Below are positions 50,401 to 64,000 of a stretch of 64,000 nt of DNA, one piece after another. Source of the stretch: Oculina patagonica (Eukaryota); the NCBI RefSeq assembly GCF_052425735.1, contig NC_135769.1:11842001-11906000 (forward strand), given 5' to 3'. Within the stretch, counting starts at the first letter, position 1, and each line of letters starts with the position of its first letter. The position numbers and the translations under genes were made by a program. The notes under the pieces are model-generated. The model ran no database searches. It was not told the DNA's origin and saw nothing but the letters and a program-made list of their open reading frames with translations.

Positions 50401-51723
50401 CTCCTTTGTTTTAAGATCAAAGATGACATCACCACAGCGTTGGAGTTATTCCGTCACCTTTGTAAATATCTATAACAAAGATGCTCGATTCTTCTACGGT
50501 TGCTTATGACTGACAGTTGTTTTCGTCTGGTTTACAAACTTTAGCCTCTCCAAGGGGTTTTGACATTTTTGATCGTAGAACAATAAAGACTTATAAATTT
50601 TTGGCATTTCAACAGTTTTATCTTAACACAGACTACGTTACTGAATAAAGTTGTGTTTTATGTTTCGCAGTCTCTCAATGATAGCAGATTTGCGACCATC
50701 ATGGAGAGGATTCAAACTGTCATACATGATGACACTCGATATCAGAAAGGAACTCTCAACATGAGGACTCAGAAATGCTTCGCTGTCAAGGTACTAGAGT
50801 ACTACACCGTCTATAACATTGTACATTTTCTTGCTGTAATTATTCACCCGTTTGTTTTGTACAAAAGTAACCCGTTCCACAATGTTGTATGAAGACAAGA
50901 TAATAGACTTACACTCATAGACAAGTAGGAAGTAACAGAGGATTTCCCTTCCCGACGACATTTATCAACCCAACACAGCAAGTTTAAGTCAATACAGTTA
51001 CATGATACTGATTTTGATTTTTATGTTTGCTTTCCATCATCTGCAAAACTTTGAAAACTGAATGAAAGCCTCATATAAACGGTAAGGACATGCTCCAACC
51101 TCTCTATTTTCAATTCTATAGTTGGAATACTGGGTCATAAGGAGGTATTCTCCAGCAGAAAACAGTTTATGACACATTCCATATAGGAATATTACCTTCT
51201 GAGAAACAAAACTCAGAAAAGAATCAGTCATAAAATCAGATTCGTTGAAACCATGGTATATACAGCAAACCTCAAATAGTCAATGAAATAAAGTCAGGCT
51301 TGAATCCCCTTTGCTTTTCCCAGACATATTCCCTAGATTCGTTCTAGCCGATAAGTAAAATATGGACTGGACTATGCGTATAATATTCATTCACGGGCAA
51401 TATTTTAGGCCTTCTTGATGTGGCACGAAGGACGTACACTGAAATTGTTGATGACATTACCGGTGAGTGGATTTTGATACCCCGCCAACCTTAAGGTAAT
51501 GTATGAATCAGACAAGCTTTCTTTACAACGCTGACTTCGGAAATTTCTTAAACGTTAACTTTGGATTTTCTGTACTTCTTATAGACCTTATGCAAAATTG
51601 GTTGTCATTCATTTCTTTTGGTCAAGTTTCTGAAAATGCTGATGGTGACACTTGAAAATATATGGAATAATATGCTAAACTGAGAAGTTTGAGAGTTTTT
51701 GGTTAAAAGGCTGCAGATCTGTG

Positions 51724-51770
<47 letters not shown>

Positions 51771-54700
51771 CATAATCATAATAATACTTTATTTATATAG
51801 CGCTATTTCTATTGCTAACCAATAGCGCTTTACAAGTTTCCAGTAATATTGCATTGTGTAAAGAAGATCGTAAATTAGTTATCGACGAATGTAAATAAAG
51901 TTTTTCCGTTTATGACATTTTCAAAACCGTAATTTCAGAAATGATCAAACAGCTGGGAGAAAAGCACAACTTGCCCCTCAAAACCGGCTTCAACGGTACC
52001 AAAGGATTCTTTGTACAACTGACACTAAACCGAGATCAACACATTGACCTTAAAACGCTGCCAAGTGAATTCCTAAAGGCTGTTAAGGTCAGAAGTGCGA
52101 TCTGCTTTACTACTGTAGATCTGGTAAGTATCAACAAGTAACCTAAAGTCGCGCACAGTGGAAGGAAGCTAGTGAGCTTGAATCTTCTTTACGTTTCTTT
52201 GTTTAAGTATTATGTATTCCCGGTGAAGAAATTATTCAACATGACACGAGCGTGGGACAAAGAAAAAATCTGAGTCCCCGACGGTAATCGAAACCATGGC
52301 CTCCCAGATACCGGTTGAGCGCTCTAACCAACTGAGCTACGAGAGACTCGTTGTGAGCTGGGCCATTTACTAGGTTGATAAGTAACACGCGTCCTGCATA
52401 CTGCTAGGATCGGCAATGTCGAATTCATCAAATGTGTAGTAAATAATAATGATGGTAAATTTCAAGCTCGGTGATAAATAGTGAAGAAATTATTCAACAT
52501 GACACGAGCGTGGGACAAAGAAAAAAATCTGAGTCCCCGACTGTTTGTTTGCTTGCTCAACTGTTTGTACAATTGTTTTTTGTGTGTGAACTATTGCTTG
52601 ATTGTTGCTCGTTTGTAACTGAAGTTGGCACAGAAAGTTGAATATCTGAGATTATTGGCATATATGTAAACTTAAAGAAATGTTTCGCTATATTGATTCC
52701 TTGAAAATTTTCATAAATTGCACTGTTTGGTACCTCCTGCTTCTCTTACTAATATATATATTTTCTCCTTTTCTTTGCCTTCAACAATGGCTCCAGATAA
52801 AGCTGAATGGTAAGTTGTACCATTAGCTAGTCAAAAGGAGACAAGGCGTTTTGTTCCCTTACAACCGTCCAATCAGTCACTACTAAAGCAACTCTTGATC
52901 TATTTTTCAGACAGGATAAAGGAGTCTTTGAACGAAATATATCTCATGACCAACGTGTAAGTTAAACATTGCGTAACCAAACATTGTGTAAGTTCCCTTA
53001 TATAAAAATGCTTCTTTGTCTTTCCCCTACACAGAGTGGTATCTGAACTTTTGAGTGAAATCCGCGAACACATGGGATGCCTGTACAAACTTGCTGAACT
53101 TGTCAGTGTCTTAGACATGCTGGTGTCGTTTGCCCACCTCTGCACTCTGTCTGACTACGGTGAGATCTTTAACGAAACTACGAGTGTTTTTACATGATAT
53201 ACAAGCCTATATTAACTTGTTTTAAGATGGTCTCGTCTCTTTTTCGTTTAGTACAGTCGAAACGTGTGGCTGCGATCTGCTGTTTTGTGTACTATTCCTT
53301 TAACTATTCATTGTGTGATGTGTTGTTAGTATTTGCTAATTATATATGTATTTCATTCTTCCTTAGTGAGACCAGAATTCACCGACACCCTTGCAATTAA
53401 GAACGGGCGACATCCAATCCTAGATAAAATACTACCAGAGCCACCAACGCCAAACAACACGGTTAGTATTGTTTTAGAATTAACAAGCATCATATATTCA
53501 CGTTGATAAAAGAAAAGGAAAAACAAACCTGCACTATATAGGTCTCATTTTTGGTGAACCATCATGATTACATCAGTTTTCATCACTTTTCAAGGGAAAA
53601 AATGTATTAAAGTTTTCCCCAGGTCCCGAGCTTAATCTAGAACTGAAGCCCTCTAACAATTAAGCAGCATACAAGGCTTGTTGGTTGCTAGGACTGTTAG
53701 GGAGTGTTTTATTTGATAAAACATTTTATTTTCAACTTGAGGAACCGTGAAACATTGGTGGTTATTTGGAGGGTCTCACCCGAAGGGAAAATTGATCCCC
53801 CCGAAGGAAATTTAGAGTTTCTTGTACATAACTATTTTTCTTAATTTGCAGTATGCTACTGATGGATCAAATTTTCAACTTATAACAGGACCTAACATGG
53901 TAAGTAAACGTACAAAATCAACTGAATGGTTAGCTTTATCTTCAATTTTTCTTGCCTGCTTTTGCTAGGATATTTTTTTTGTTCATAGAGTGGCAAATCC
54001 ACATACTTGAAACAAATAGCGTTGCTTCAGATAATGGCGCAGGTAGGATGCTATGTGCCAGCAGAATATGCTTCATTCAGGGCCGCAGATCAGATTCTTT
54101 CAAGGATAGGGAGCGACGATGACATCGAAACCAATTCCTCTACCTTTACGCTTGAGGTAAGAATTCATCACGGCATTATTTCATACTGAATGCCGTGAAA
54201 CTTTCTTCTTCGGGTTGTTCACTTTTGTCGATTACACTACACTGTAAACAATTAGAGGGCCTCTAATTGTTTACAGTGTATTTCTGCAGAAATGCGCAAA
54301 AATTGTGTGGCAGACTAGGCGTACATTTTGTTGCTGATGTTACATTCATACATAGATAAACGTATTTTTAACTGACAAAAAATGATAAATGTTGTGTTGT
54401 TTTACTTGTAGATGAGAGAAATCCACTATATCATTCAGGTGCGTTTGATTTGTTTTAAGCCATTTTCGCATTTCGACTAAGCCTTTGCTTGAACATAACT
54501 TTTAGCAACAATTTTGGTTCATATTCCCTAGAACGCAAGTGATAAATCCCTAATCATCATTGACGAGTTAGGAAGAGGTACGTACTTTAGCATTGACTGT
54601 ATCGCCAGGCTGCGTTTCGAAGTACAGACAATTCTGAAAAGCATTAAAAGCACGTCTGTGGGAGTCGTCGTGAACGGCGACGGATTTGATAGATATTAGT

Positions 54701-55546
54701 TCTTTGCGCAACTTTGCATAATAGCAACAAACCTACAACTACAACAACTATATTGCGTTATTGTACAAGGATTAGGCTAGGATTCGTTACACTACTACTG
54801 TAGACAAAGAAACAGAAAAATTCCCTAGAACAGCGTGAGTTAACACAGTTCTCGAGGCCTTTATTATCCTCTTGGTTGTTTGAATTTTGTTCTCCAGGAA
54901 CAAGCAGCGAGGAAGGAGTAGGAATTTGTTTCTCCATTGCTGAGAATCTTCTTAAAAAGAAGGTTAGGCCTGACCTGGAGCGGGGAAATTTGACAGGGTT
55001 GATGTCCATATTTTATTGTCACATTATTATTGAACATTAGAAACAAATATTTCAAACTAAATATGACGTTAAAAATCCCAACTGGCAGAAGGCAAATTAA
55101 ACCAGTTGGCTATTTACGAGCGTGGCCGAAAAGTTGGTACGATGATAATAACATCTTAGATTTCGATCTGATGCAACCTGCAAGCTAGGGTGAAAGCAAC
55201 TGCAAACCTTGGTTTATACATCTCTAGATGAAGTGAAAATGGTGTTAACTTGTGAAATATTTGAATTAAAGTAATGATATCTTAGATTGCGATATGATAT
55301 TGTTCAAAAGTAAGTAAGTAAGTAGTGTTAGAAAACTGCATCCCTACATGAATGAAATTAAATAATAAAAGTGTTTTGACGAACGTCTATGCCTATAATG
55401 TTTTATATGTTCCTTACAGACATTTACGTTCCTTGCTACCCACTTTCTTGAGTTGACTACAATGGATACCTTGTACCCAAATGTTGAAAAGTGAGTTGAG
55501 ATATGATGATTGATTGACTGACTAACTGACTGACTGACTGACTGAC

Positions 55547-55585
<39 letters not shown>

Positions 55586-58022
55586 CTGATTGATTGATTC
55601 GCATTTTTCAATAGAAATGTATTTACTTTATTGCTTTTGTTTCTTTTACAGCCTGCATTTGAAGGTTCAGGTAATTGCTTTACATCTTGTAAGCAATATA
55701 AGAATGTAAATACCATGATGCGTTTTTCGTTTACATCTGTAACTTTGACGACAACTTGTAAAATTTTCAGAGCAGATATATTTTTTGGGCAACATCCTGA
55801 TCAGAGCTTACGTGCAGATCAGAACAAAGGTCCTTGAAAATCGTACATCGGTCGTAACAGATCATAAAAGACACAGCCTGATCACAGAACTTGAGTGGTT
55901 TTTATATTTGTGATCTTTATTAAGTGAAATTGGCTTAAACTAGTATGAGAAAAAACAATACGTCTGTACGTAGTTGGTTAAAGATAATCCCACTTATGCT
56001 GTCTGATTTCACTCTAGCTTTCACACACTTGATTTCAAAGCACCCAGACTAGCCGCGATTATTTGTTGCCTGTGTTCTCCGGTGGCTTACTATAACATGT
56101 TTTGCCTCCATCGGGAAGTGACTGTAATAGAAACGATAATCTTCTAGAGTATGTAACAGAAGCGTAGCTTTTGTGGGGATGTTCGCAAGTTAAGATGGAG
56201 CTATATAAAGTAGAGGGTTTTTTTTTCATACCAGAAAAAGTTCAGTAACGAAGCTGCATGTGAGAAGATAACCTATACCCATGTATTATCAAAAGGAAGA
56301 ACAGAAGAAAAACACTATGGTAAATATCGTACATACAACATCACGCTGAGCTTGAAAATAAAAAAATATATATTATTTTTTTCAAAAAAGATCGTTTTAA
56401 AACAGTCGATACTCTTGTACGTTTTTACGGTAAATATATTAACATTGAAGGGAAAGTGTCCTGGCTTATTATCGAACGTTCTCTCTTTCCTAATTTCCAT
56501 ATTTTACTGCCAAATGCCACCACATCATAAAAATAAGTTAAATGAAAAGACTCTACAGAGAAAAATAGAACCAGAATTTTGGGTTAGAAGTACAGAATTA
56601 CATGAATGGAAGAGGAATGCAGTTCATCAAATTTGATTTTGTGTCGACGGGGTGTTAAGAAATCAAAATTACCATTCTGGTAATTTTATCATTATTTTTA
56701 TTTTTAGTTGATATTTCTTTGCTTTCGCCACTTTTGATAGTTTTGTTCTTTCTATTGCAAGATAATAAAGCATATTTACAGCAAGCTGCCGACCATACTT
56801 ACTTAAACACTATATATTAGCCGGGGCACTTTCCCTTTAAGTCGTCGTAATTCTCTTGTCCTGAGTGTACATATGATACGTCTAAGGCTCCATCCACACT
56901 GACCCGAGTAAATTTGAAAACGGAGAAATTTGAAAACGCCGCGTAAAATTTTTTTTCGTCCACATTAGAAAATGTTTTCCATCCACATTCCGTCCAAACT
57001 AGCCATCTCGTAGAGATATGACGCTAAGTGCATGACCACTATAAACACCATTTATTATTTATTTTATTACATTAACCCGGGTAAATTTGAAAACGATACG
57101 CTTCACTGGACATCGTAAGCGTTTTTTAAAAGCTTCGTTTTCGGTGACCGAAAACGCCCTTTCAGTGTGGACGGTCGGCCTAACAGGGGGAAAAAAAAAG
57201 ATGCGTTTTCAAATTTACCCGGGTCAGTGGGGGACGGGGCCTAACACTTGATGTAAAGTATCGTCTTATGTGCAACTGTAAGACCTCCAACTCGACTACA
57301 AACATTCGCAACTTTCCCTAGCTCCCCACCCCAGCTTCTTTGGGGCCATTTTCCTGCTTGGTTTATTTTGCATTTTCTCGCTGAAAGATCTTTGTAGTAT
57401 AGGTACTACTTGTAGTGTAACCTTCAACCGAAGAATCGACAAACCATGTGGTAAACCATGAGTAGTAGGGTTTATATGTTGCTATAGTTAGTTGGAGTAA
57501 GAAAAAACTTGTGAGGAAATAAAATGAGTTTCATCTATTGTAGGCGTCCAACTCGCTGAATTCTCGACACTGCCGCGGTCGATAGTGAAGGAAGCACGAG
57601 AAATTTCAACCGAGTTAACAAGACAGAAAGAGGTAATGATACATGAAAGGATTTGAAGAGAGTTAACTGACGCTATCTTTTAGTTTGGGGAGGTACGGGG
57701 TGTTAAGTTACTAAATAGTACGAGTGTGTGTTTAGCAAGCAGTCAAAGTTTCAGGCATAAATAGCTTACCAGGGATTATTGTAAATTTTCAGAGTTGTAA
57801 ATTATATTGTCCATACACAGCTAAACTATATCCTCTGTGTCGCTTTAGACGAGTCAACTGCTGTCAACAGAGGGTCGCCAACAAATAGCAGTGTTCCGCC
57901 TGGCAACTAAGCTTCTCCAAGCTGGACGTAACTCACGCCTTGACAAAGCTGGACTGCGTGCTTATTTACTGGGTCTTAAAAACCAGTTTGAACGAGAAAC
58001 TGTTCCCGACGTTGAAGAATAG
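44432..58022 (+). CDS. MSH4: MutS homolog 4 (meiotic MutS-gamma subunit), about 33 coding exons
   Basis: [137 protein letters not shown]...; stop TAG at 58020-58022. The start ATG at 44432 is moderately certain: its exon splices in frame to Ser/Thr/Pro-rich exons 45082-45235 and 45752-45913. Confidence 0.96.
51723..51786. repeat. (AAT)n microsatellite
   Basis: Directly visible. Confidence 0.95.
52223..52541 (-). mobile_element. Second copy of the tRNA-core partial-tandem element (258-bp unit plus 61-bp overlap) in an MSH4 intron
   Basis: Near-identical reverse complement of 40602-40956. GTGAAGAAATTATTCAAC occurs at 52223 and 52481, giving a period of 258. Confidence 0.85.
55507..55599. repeat. 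(GATT)n/(GACT)n compound tetranucleotide microsatellite
   Basis: Directly visible. It explains the SINQ/SVSQ ORFs. Confidence 0.95.
56449..56836. mobile_element. Kolobok-like non-autonomous element
   Basis: TTGA|AGGGAAAGTGTCCTGGCT ... AGCCGGGGCACTTTCCCT|TTAA. Confidence 0.75.
56886..57241. mobile_element. PIF/Harbinger-like MITE with TAA TSD
   Basis: TAA|GGCTCCATCCACACTGACCCGAGTAAATTTGAAAACG ... CGTTTTCAAATTTACCCGGGTCAGTGGGGGACGGGGCC|TAA. Confidence 0.85.
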
Positions 58023-59830
58023 AAAGCTTAAGACCTAGTGAAAATGTCATTCAGGAAAGAAAAGAGAAGCTGATGTTATGAACCTCAACCTTTGAACATT
58101 TGTATCTGATAAAACCAAGCTAAACCAAGCCACGACAATAAGAATCTTATTTTCCACAGCCTTTGTCTGTCCTTACCACTAGAACCTGTACCGTATGTAA
58201 GACTAAAAGCGGTATTTTTTTTGTGTTTTAAATTAAATCGGAGTTTTCCTTCTCTCTTGCACATTTGAGATTATGTCCAATAATAAAGTTGTGATAAACA
58301 TCGATCTAATACATTTATGAATGGTTTTCTTTAAAAAAAAAATCATACCATATTTCATACCAAAATAGAATGGTACACTTTCAGACTAAAATACGCGAAA
58401 AGAAACCAGCAAAGTTTTGCCGGCTTCCGAAATGCTTTTGAAATCTCTTTATAAATGCAAATCCAATGAAAAAACTCTTTCGGCCCGCTGCATTTCATTG
58501 ACTCCAAAGGCGCCTCACCTTTGATAAAAAGAAATCAAAGGCGGCTTTTACATGTGTGTGGTTTGCAACGCATAGGCCGCCTTTTTTACCACTGATCGCG
58601 CATTAAAGGCGATTTCTCATACAAAATAAAGAACGGCAATGAATTCAGAAGCGCACAATACAGTCACAATCAGTTTAAAATGATGTCTGTTCTTAGTTGG
58701 AGTAATGATTCTGCAAAATTGTAGGCTAAAATTTTGATTGCAGTCGTAACATTCTCTTTAAAAGATAAAATTCTCCCAAATTTTCCCTTTTGTTTGCACC
58801 AGGCTAGGTAGACAAACGTGCTATTTTCTTTTTTTTAAGTAATATGCACTCATTTATTGATATGACTCTCCGATTCAGCACTTCAGATTTTCTAGGCTTT
58901 TTTACCCCCACTATTTCACGACACTTCCGATTCTGTGAAAAAATCGTAGAGAGCGTGCCCTCGTCAGAGCACTCCATTTGGTGTTGCCTATGCTATCCTA
59001 CAAAGGGTTACACATCACCACCTTGTGCAAAATAGTTATTATTCCCTTTTGTTTTAGCGGAGTGCTTCGCGGATTCTTTGGTGTCAAAGTCCATATGCAT
59101 ATGTTGATGTGGCGTGCCTTTTTATTTAGACATGAAGTCAGTTGAACTGACTGGGGACCACTGCACGCTATCTTCGTCTTGAGTCTTTTCACTTCCAACG
59201 AAATTCGAGTTTCGTTTACTTTTTTTTGAAAACTAGTATTAAAAATATTAGACACCGTTGTGGAAACACATTCATTGCTCACGACCAAACTGAAAAAGGA
59301 TCTCATCGGAGATCGCGTTTATAAGTGTATGTTTTCAACATAGAGAACAGTTTTTGTGTCTGTTCTTTATTTTTTCAGGTAAAGCTTTACTATAAAATGA
59401 TACAACATGTTTTCATACCTTGCTCAAGAATGGATGACCCGGCGTTTGCTTCATGAAACGCGCACGCCTTTAAAAAGAATAAAATAACAATAGCAAACAT
59501 GTAATGGACAAAATAATTCCACTTCCTTTTGTGTTAATTAGGAAGGACCTTTGTTTTCAAGGGAGTCAAAGTCTATATGCAAAATTCGAATTCACGCGCG
59601 GTGTTATTTCTGCATATCGTGAGAATGCTACATTATCACGTGGGTTAACAAATTTCTTTTCAAAACATATTCATTTGGTGAAGTGAAAACTACACTGGCC
59701 ATTCTGCGGTGTTTCATTCGACCGCGCCGGCATACGCTAACAGATTGTTACAGAAGTTCTCCGTGCTGTTTCTAGTTCTTTTAGTTATCAGGGAATCATA
59801 ACAATTCGGGCAGAAGTCAAAATGCTGATA

Positions 59831-62800
59831 ATGGCAAACTTAACTGAAGCACAGTTTACAGAAGTTGACGAAAGCGTTAAAGTTTTGAGCGGAAACCTCG
59901 ATCAGATGTTTTTGGTGATCATGGGCTGCTGTATATTTTGTGAGTATGAGTTTCCTCTTACAATTACATTTTTACTTTAGCCATCTGTTCTTAGCTGATA
60001 CTTCTCATGATCAAGACTTTTAACCTCAATCTTTCGCTAAAAAAGACTGAAATTCCTTCCAAAACTTGAGTCTATGATTGGACTTAATTTATACTGTATA
60101 CAACATTTCGCGAATTACCTGCACCATATTGTATGCGTAACATATAAGCGAGAAGAACATCATTTGGGAATTGTTTTATAACAAACCTTGAACTAATTAT
60201 TTTGGCCTGCATGCGAGCAGGCTTCAAGTTTGGGTCTCACGAATGAGTAGCGAAGCCGAGCGAAGAAGTCGCCGAGCGAGCGACGAGAGACGGGAGCCGG
60301 TGGGGAGCCAACAAAAACCCGCCGGCTCGTTTTGCTCGCCGCTCGCGCACTTGACCCGCGCGCAAAGGTGAGCGCATACTACAATTATTTGTTAACTCTC
60401 TCTCTATCACAGAGACCTGGTATTGGTATACGTAAGAAATGAAGAAATTTTCACAAAACCTACCAAGAACACTTAGAGCAAGTGAGCAACTACGATGGTG
60501 CTTTCAAGCGCTTGTCAAAACCCAGAATATGACTGCAAATGCTGAGAGAGAACGTTTCACCTTCGTGTGTGGTTTTATTTGCCCCTTTCAAAAAAATCTG
60601 AGACAGGGTACTAGACTGCAACAGCAAACTTACAACAATTACCACCAAACTTCCAGCATGAACCAACAGTCCAACAAACCAAACAGATGCAACAGCAGAC
60701 ACATCAGACTAACAAATATAGGATCAAAGTGCCAACAAACCGCTTTTCAGTCACCAAGCCAACCCTTAACCAGAGACATGCATTGTAACACTGATCAATC
60801 AGACGAACGGACAGTTTTTACTTGTCTCTGAAGATTATATTCCGAAATAAATTACCGACCGGGCAGGGGGTTGATGAAGAGCGCGCGGAAAACCCAGTGA
60901 CATTGGATGAAAAACAACATTTTGGCGGGAAATGGCTCGGTTGAAGCTGGATTGATATAAAATAAAGACTAGGCATGTTTAGATAATTTGAGCCCGCAAT
61001 ACATTACCTTTTCGACGGTCTGTCACTCAATCTTTTTCGGAAAGCATCGTCAGTTTACCGTTCAAATAGACTGCAAAACAGTCGCTTTTTCTCTAAATTC
61101 GTTGGAAAAAGCGCTTATCGAAGGCGCGAAGTGGCGATTGTTTCGCGAGCCTCGCACGCCCGCTCTACCGTTCAAACGAAGCGATAATTATTTGGTAATA
61201 ATTCGACAGCCGGATTCCTATACAAACACTGCATTTTTAAAATGACGGAAACAAAAGGTCAACTTCATGGTAGTTTATTCTCAAGAGTTTAGTGCTTTGC
61301 CCTTTTTGTGTGCCATTTATCATTTCCCGTAAAGTTGAGATGCTGAACTGACATTCCTCATGTGACGTGGTCCCGTCATTTTTATCATGTGAGCTTCACT
61401 TTCCCAAAAAACATGTTCTTCTGCCTTCCACTGGGCTTGTCTTAGCAAATTTTTAAAACGAAACGTTTGAGTCATTTAAGAGCTTGCCATCTCTACATCG
61501 GAATGTGTGACGACTCCCCTCCTTATTAGACCTTATTATTGTAATCACAAACACACAGAGTAAGGCAAATTTAGATTTGAGGCGTGTTCAAATATGCATG
61601 TTTTTCGGCTACATTCGATCTTTTCATATTTGTCATACTGTAGGTAGTTTGTTAACTTGAACTACAATGGAGGTCAAGAATATTTGGGACACTTGTTAGG
61701 GCAATCTCCTAATTATACCAAATAACCTTTTTGTACGTCAAAAATGAGTTTCCCACTGTTCTTGTTCATTCATAACCCCCCTTCCCCCAAGCAATGTTGA
61801 CAGACGTATATGCCCTGATCTTGGTGTGTGGGATGGTCAATTCTCAACATTGCTTGAGCCGGGGGAAGGGAGACTAGCAGTCATTTGGCCCAGAATTGTG
61901 CTAAGTATCCTAATATTTATGACCCGCATTGTAGTTAAAGCCCAAGCGAAAAACGTTTTTACCTGGTGGAAAGCTATGCCTTTCACTAGTTTCCTATTAC
62001 TTTTACTGATCTTTAACTTTAAAAACTTAGTTTTTCTAAGTCTGGTGCGAATGACCGTTGTATGAGTCTAACTAAATTTGTAATCTCCTTTTACAGTTAT
62101 GCAGACGGGCTTTGCTTTCCTTGAGGCCGGCTCAGTGAGATCAAAGAACACCACAAACATCCTTATCAAAAATTTCTTGGACGTATGTAAGTACTGCAAA
62201 ACGGTTTTATCTCTTGCAATAAATTATAACCGACTGTGTCTTATAAAGTATACACCTGACGGGGAACGAGCGAATGGCGAAAGACGGAAGACTGGGATAA
62301 ATGAAAGGGATCGAAGGGGATGTTGGAATAATATAAAGAGAAAACGAGATTTTTATAATAACTGAGCGAATTCTCGCGCGCTGATTGGCTAATTTTCATT
62401 GTCAATAAGAGTACAGACGCATGAAATTCGTAGCTGACGCAATCAGCGAAGGTTTTGTCAAACTTTTCGGCACTGATTTAGCGCTGTATTCTTGATGAGG
62501 CGAGAATTATACCACAAAACTAGAAGTCTTCAATGAGGAAATCATCTAAAATTTATCGGTTAAAACCTAAGAAATTAGTGCGACCTGAGAGCAAAAAGAA
62601 CTGGATGTTTATTGAGGATTCTGACCGAAAATCGGCGGTGAGCGGGAAAGTTTGTTGTCAATGAAATTAGAAAGCTGAACCACGTTTTACCGAATTTTTT
62701 TGTGAACACTTTTCAGTGAATTAAAGGTTAGTTGAACAATTCGAATTTTCTCGTGTATTTCTGGCGGTATTCTTACCAAACGTTTAATTTACGAGCCTGT

Positions 62801-63853
62801 GAGTGTGATTTTCCAAATTACAGCGACAAAATTTAGATTCGGCGGCCGTACGGCAATCGCATCTTCCCCGTAGATTTCTTTCCTTCGTTTTAAAATCAGT
62901 TTTGGATTTTTGTTATTGTAAAAAACAAATTGACATCAGCTTTTTATGCGTCTGTCCTGTTATTGATGATAAATTGTGTCATAACATTGTCAAAGTGTTG
63001 TAGATTCACGAGCCGCTAGGCGAGCGGATCTACAACAAACTTTGACAATGTTATGACGAAATTTATCATCAATAACAGGACAGACGCATAAAAAACTGAT
63101 GTCAATTTGTTAAACTTCATCCCTTTACGTGGCCTCTTGCCGGCTCGCTTTTTAATATTCTTTATAGTTCCAACTGTAGTAAACCATATACCTTATTTTC
63201 TCGATAAAATTTGCCCGGCCTTAATTTCACATTTGGCCTGGTGGACCCGGCCTTAATTTGACTCCTGTAGTATAATTCGAGCCCAGCGTTTATTAAACAA
63301 GGGTTTTAAACATTGTTTTCGACAGACTTACATATTTCCATTACAACTACAGCTTTTTACACCTCAAATAAATGCTTGAGGTTCGGCTTCAAAACCCGGC
63401 GTTTATTTGAAAAAATCCCCGGTACTTTAATTACTGATGAGAGCCACCTCGAAGGTTCCTAAATTTTGATATTCGACTGAAGTAGGAAAAGTATTCTGAG
63501 AATACCTTAAATTGAGTGCAAGAAGACCGAAGATTAAGCTCAGAAAAAGTTGTAATTTTCTACAGTCTTGCGTATGGCATTATTATGATTTAAACTTACC
63601 CTTTTCCATCCATTACTTGCAGTTATTGGCGCCGTGGCTTACTGGTCAGTCGGGTACGCATTTGCATTTGGAGCAGACAGCAATGGGTTTATTGGACACA
63701 AGTATTTCGCGCTGGCAGATTTACCAATCGACAAATACTCTCACTGGTTTTTCCACTTTGTTTTCGCGGCCACCGCAGCAACAATTGTCAGCGGTGCTAT
63801 GGCAGAAAGAACCGAGTTCAAAGCTTACCTTATGTACTCTGTGTTTCTAACTG
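59831..63853 (+). CDS. AMT1: Ammonium transporter (Amt/AMT1 type), 5' part; exons 59831-59939, 62097-62186, 63623-63853; continues past the window
   Basis: FFMQTGFAFLEAGSVRSKNTTNILIKNFLD, AYWSVGYAFAFG, WFFHFVFAATAATIVSGAMAERT. An in-frame upstream ATG lies at 59822. Confidence 0.95.
62924..63111. repeat. Near-perfect 188-bp palindrome in an Amt intron, probably the end of an element starting near 62350
   Basis: AACAAATTGACATCAG.TTTTTATGCGTCTGTCCTGTTATTGATGATAAATT..GTCATAACATTGTCAAAGT.TTGTAGAT is mirrored across CGAGCCGCTAGGCGAG. Confidence 0.9.
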
Positions 63854-64000
63854 GTGAGTTCCTTTGACTTACAATACATTGCGCTTTCTGCAGGGTAACA
63901 GTCACTTAATGCCAGGGTAACAGCTGATCATAGACTCGTAGATTGGTTGTCCTGTGCATTATGAGTTTTTTTTTTCAGCCTGTTTTTTTCTTTTGTATCT

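Noticed and set aside
60439-60831. 130-aa Gln/Asn-rich ORF in the Amt intron
   Set aside because: Low-complexity CA-rich sequence with no domain. Probably repeat-derived.

Overview
Eukaryotic, intron-rich, AT-rich animal DNA. The gene set and repeat types look anthozoan or stony-coral-like, but that is inference. I spliced eight protein-coding loci by hand from GT-AG junctions with consistent reading phase. (1) A secreted discoidin (F5/8 type C) gene on -, with an uncertain 3' end. (2) An unrecognised 197-aa secreted Ser/Thr-rich precursor with basic cleavage sites on +. (3) COMMD9 on -, head-to-head with (4) IDI1 on +. (5) An unrecognised coiled-coil protein on -, head-to-head with (6) RUVBL2 on +. 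(7) MSH4 on +, with about 33 coding exons including several microexons. (8) The first three exons of an Amt ammonium transporter on +. Introns and intergenic DNA hold many non-autonomous DNA transposons (TA, TAA, TTAA, 5-, 6- and 9-bp TSD types), LINE and Penelope fragments, a SINE, and two copies of a 258-bp tRNA-core partial-tandem element. The best leads are the orphan secreted precursor, the tRNA-core partial-tandem element, and a candidate intron in IDI1 that would switch a mitochondrial-type presequence on or off. All gene models and family assignments were made by eye and from memory, with no searches run.
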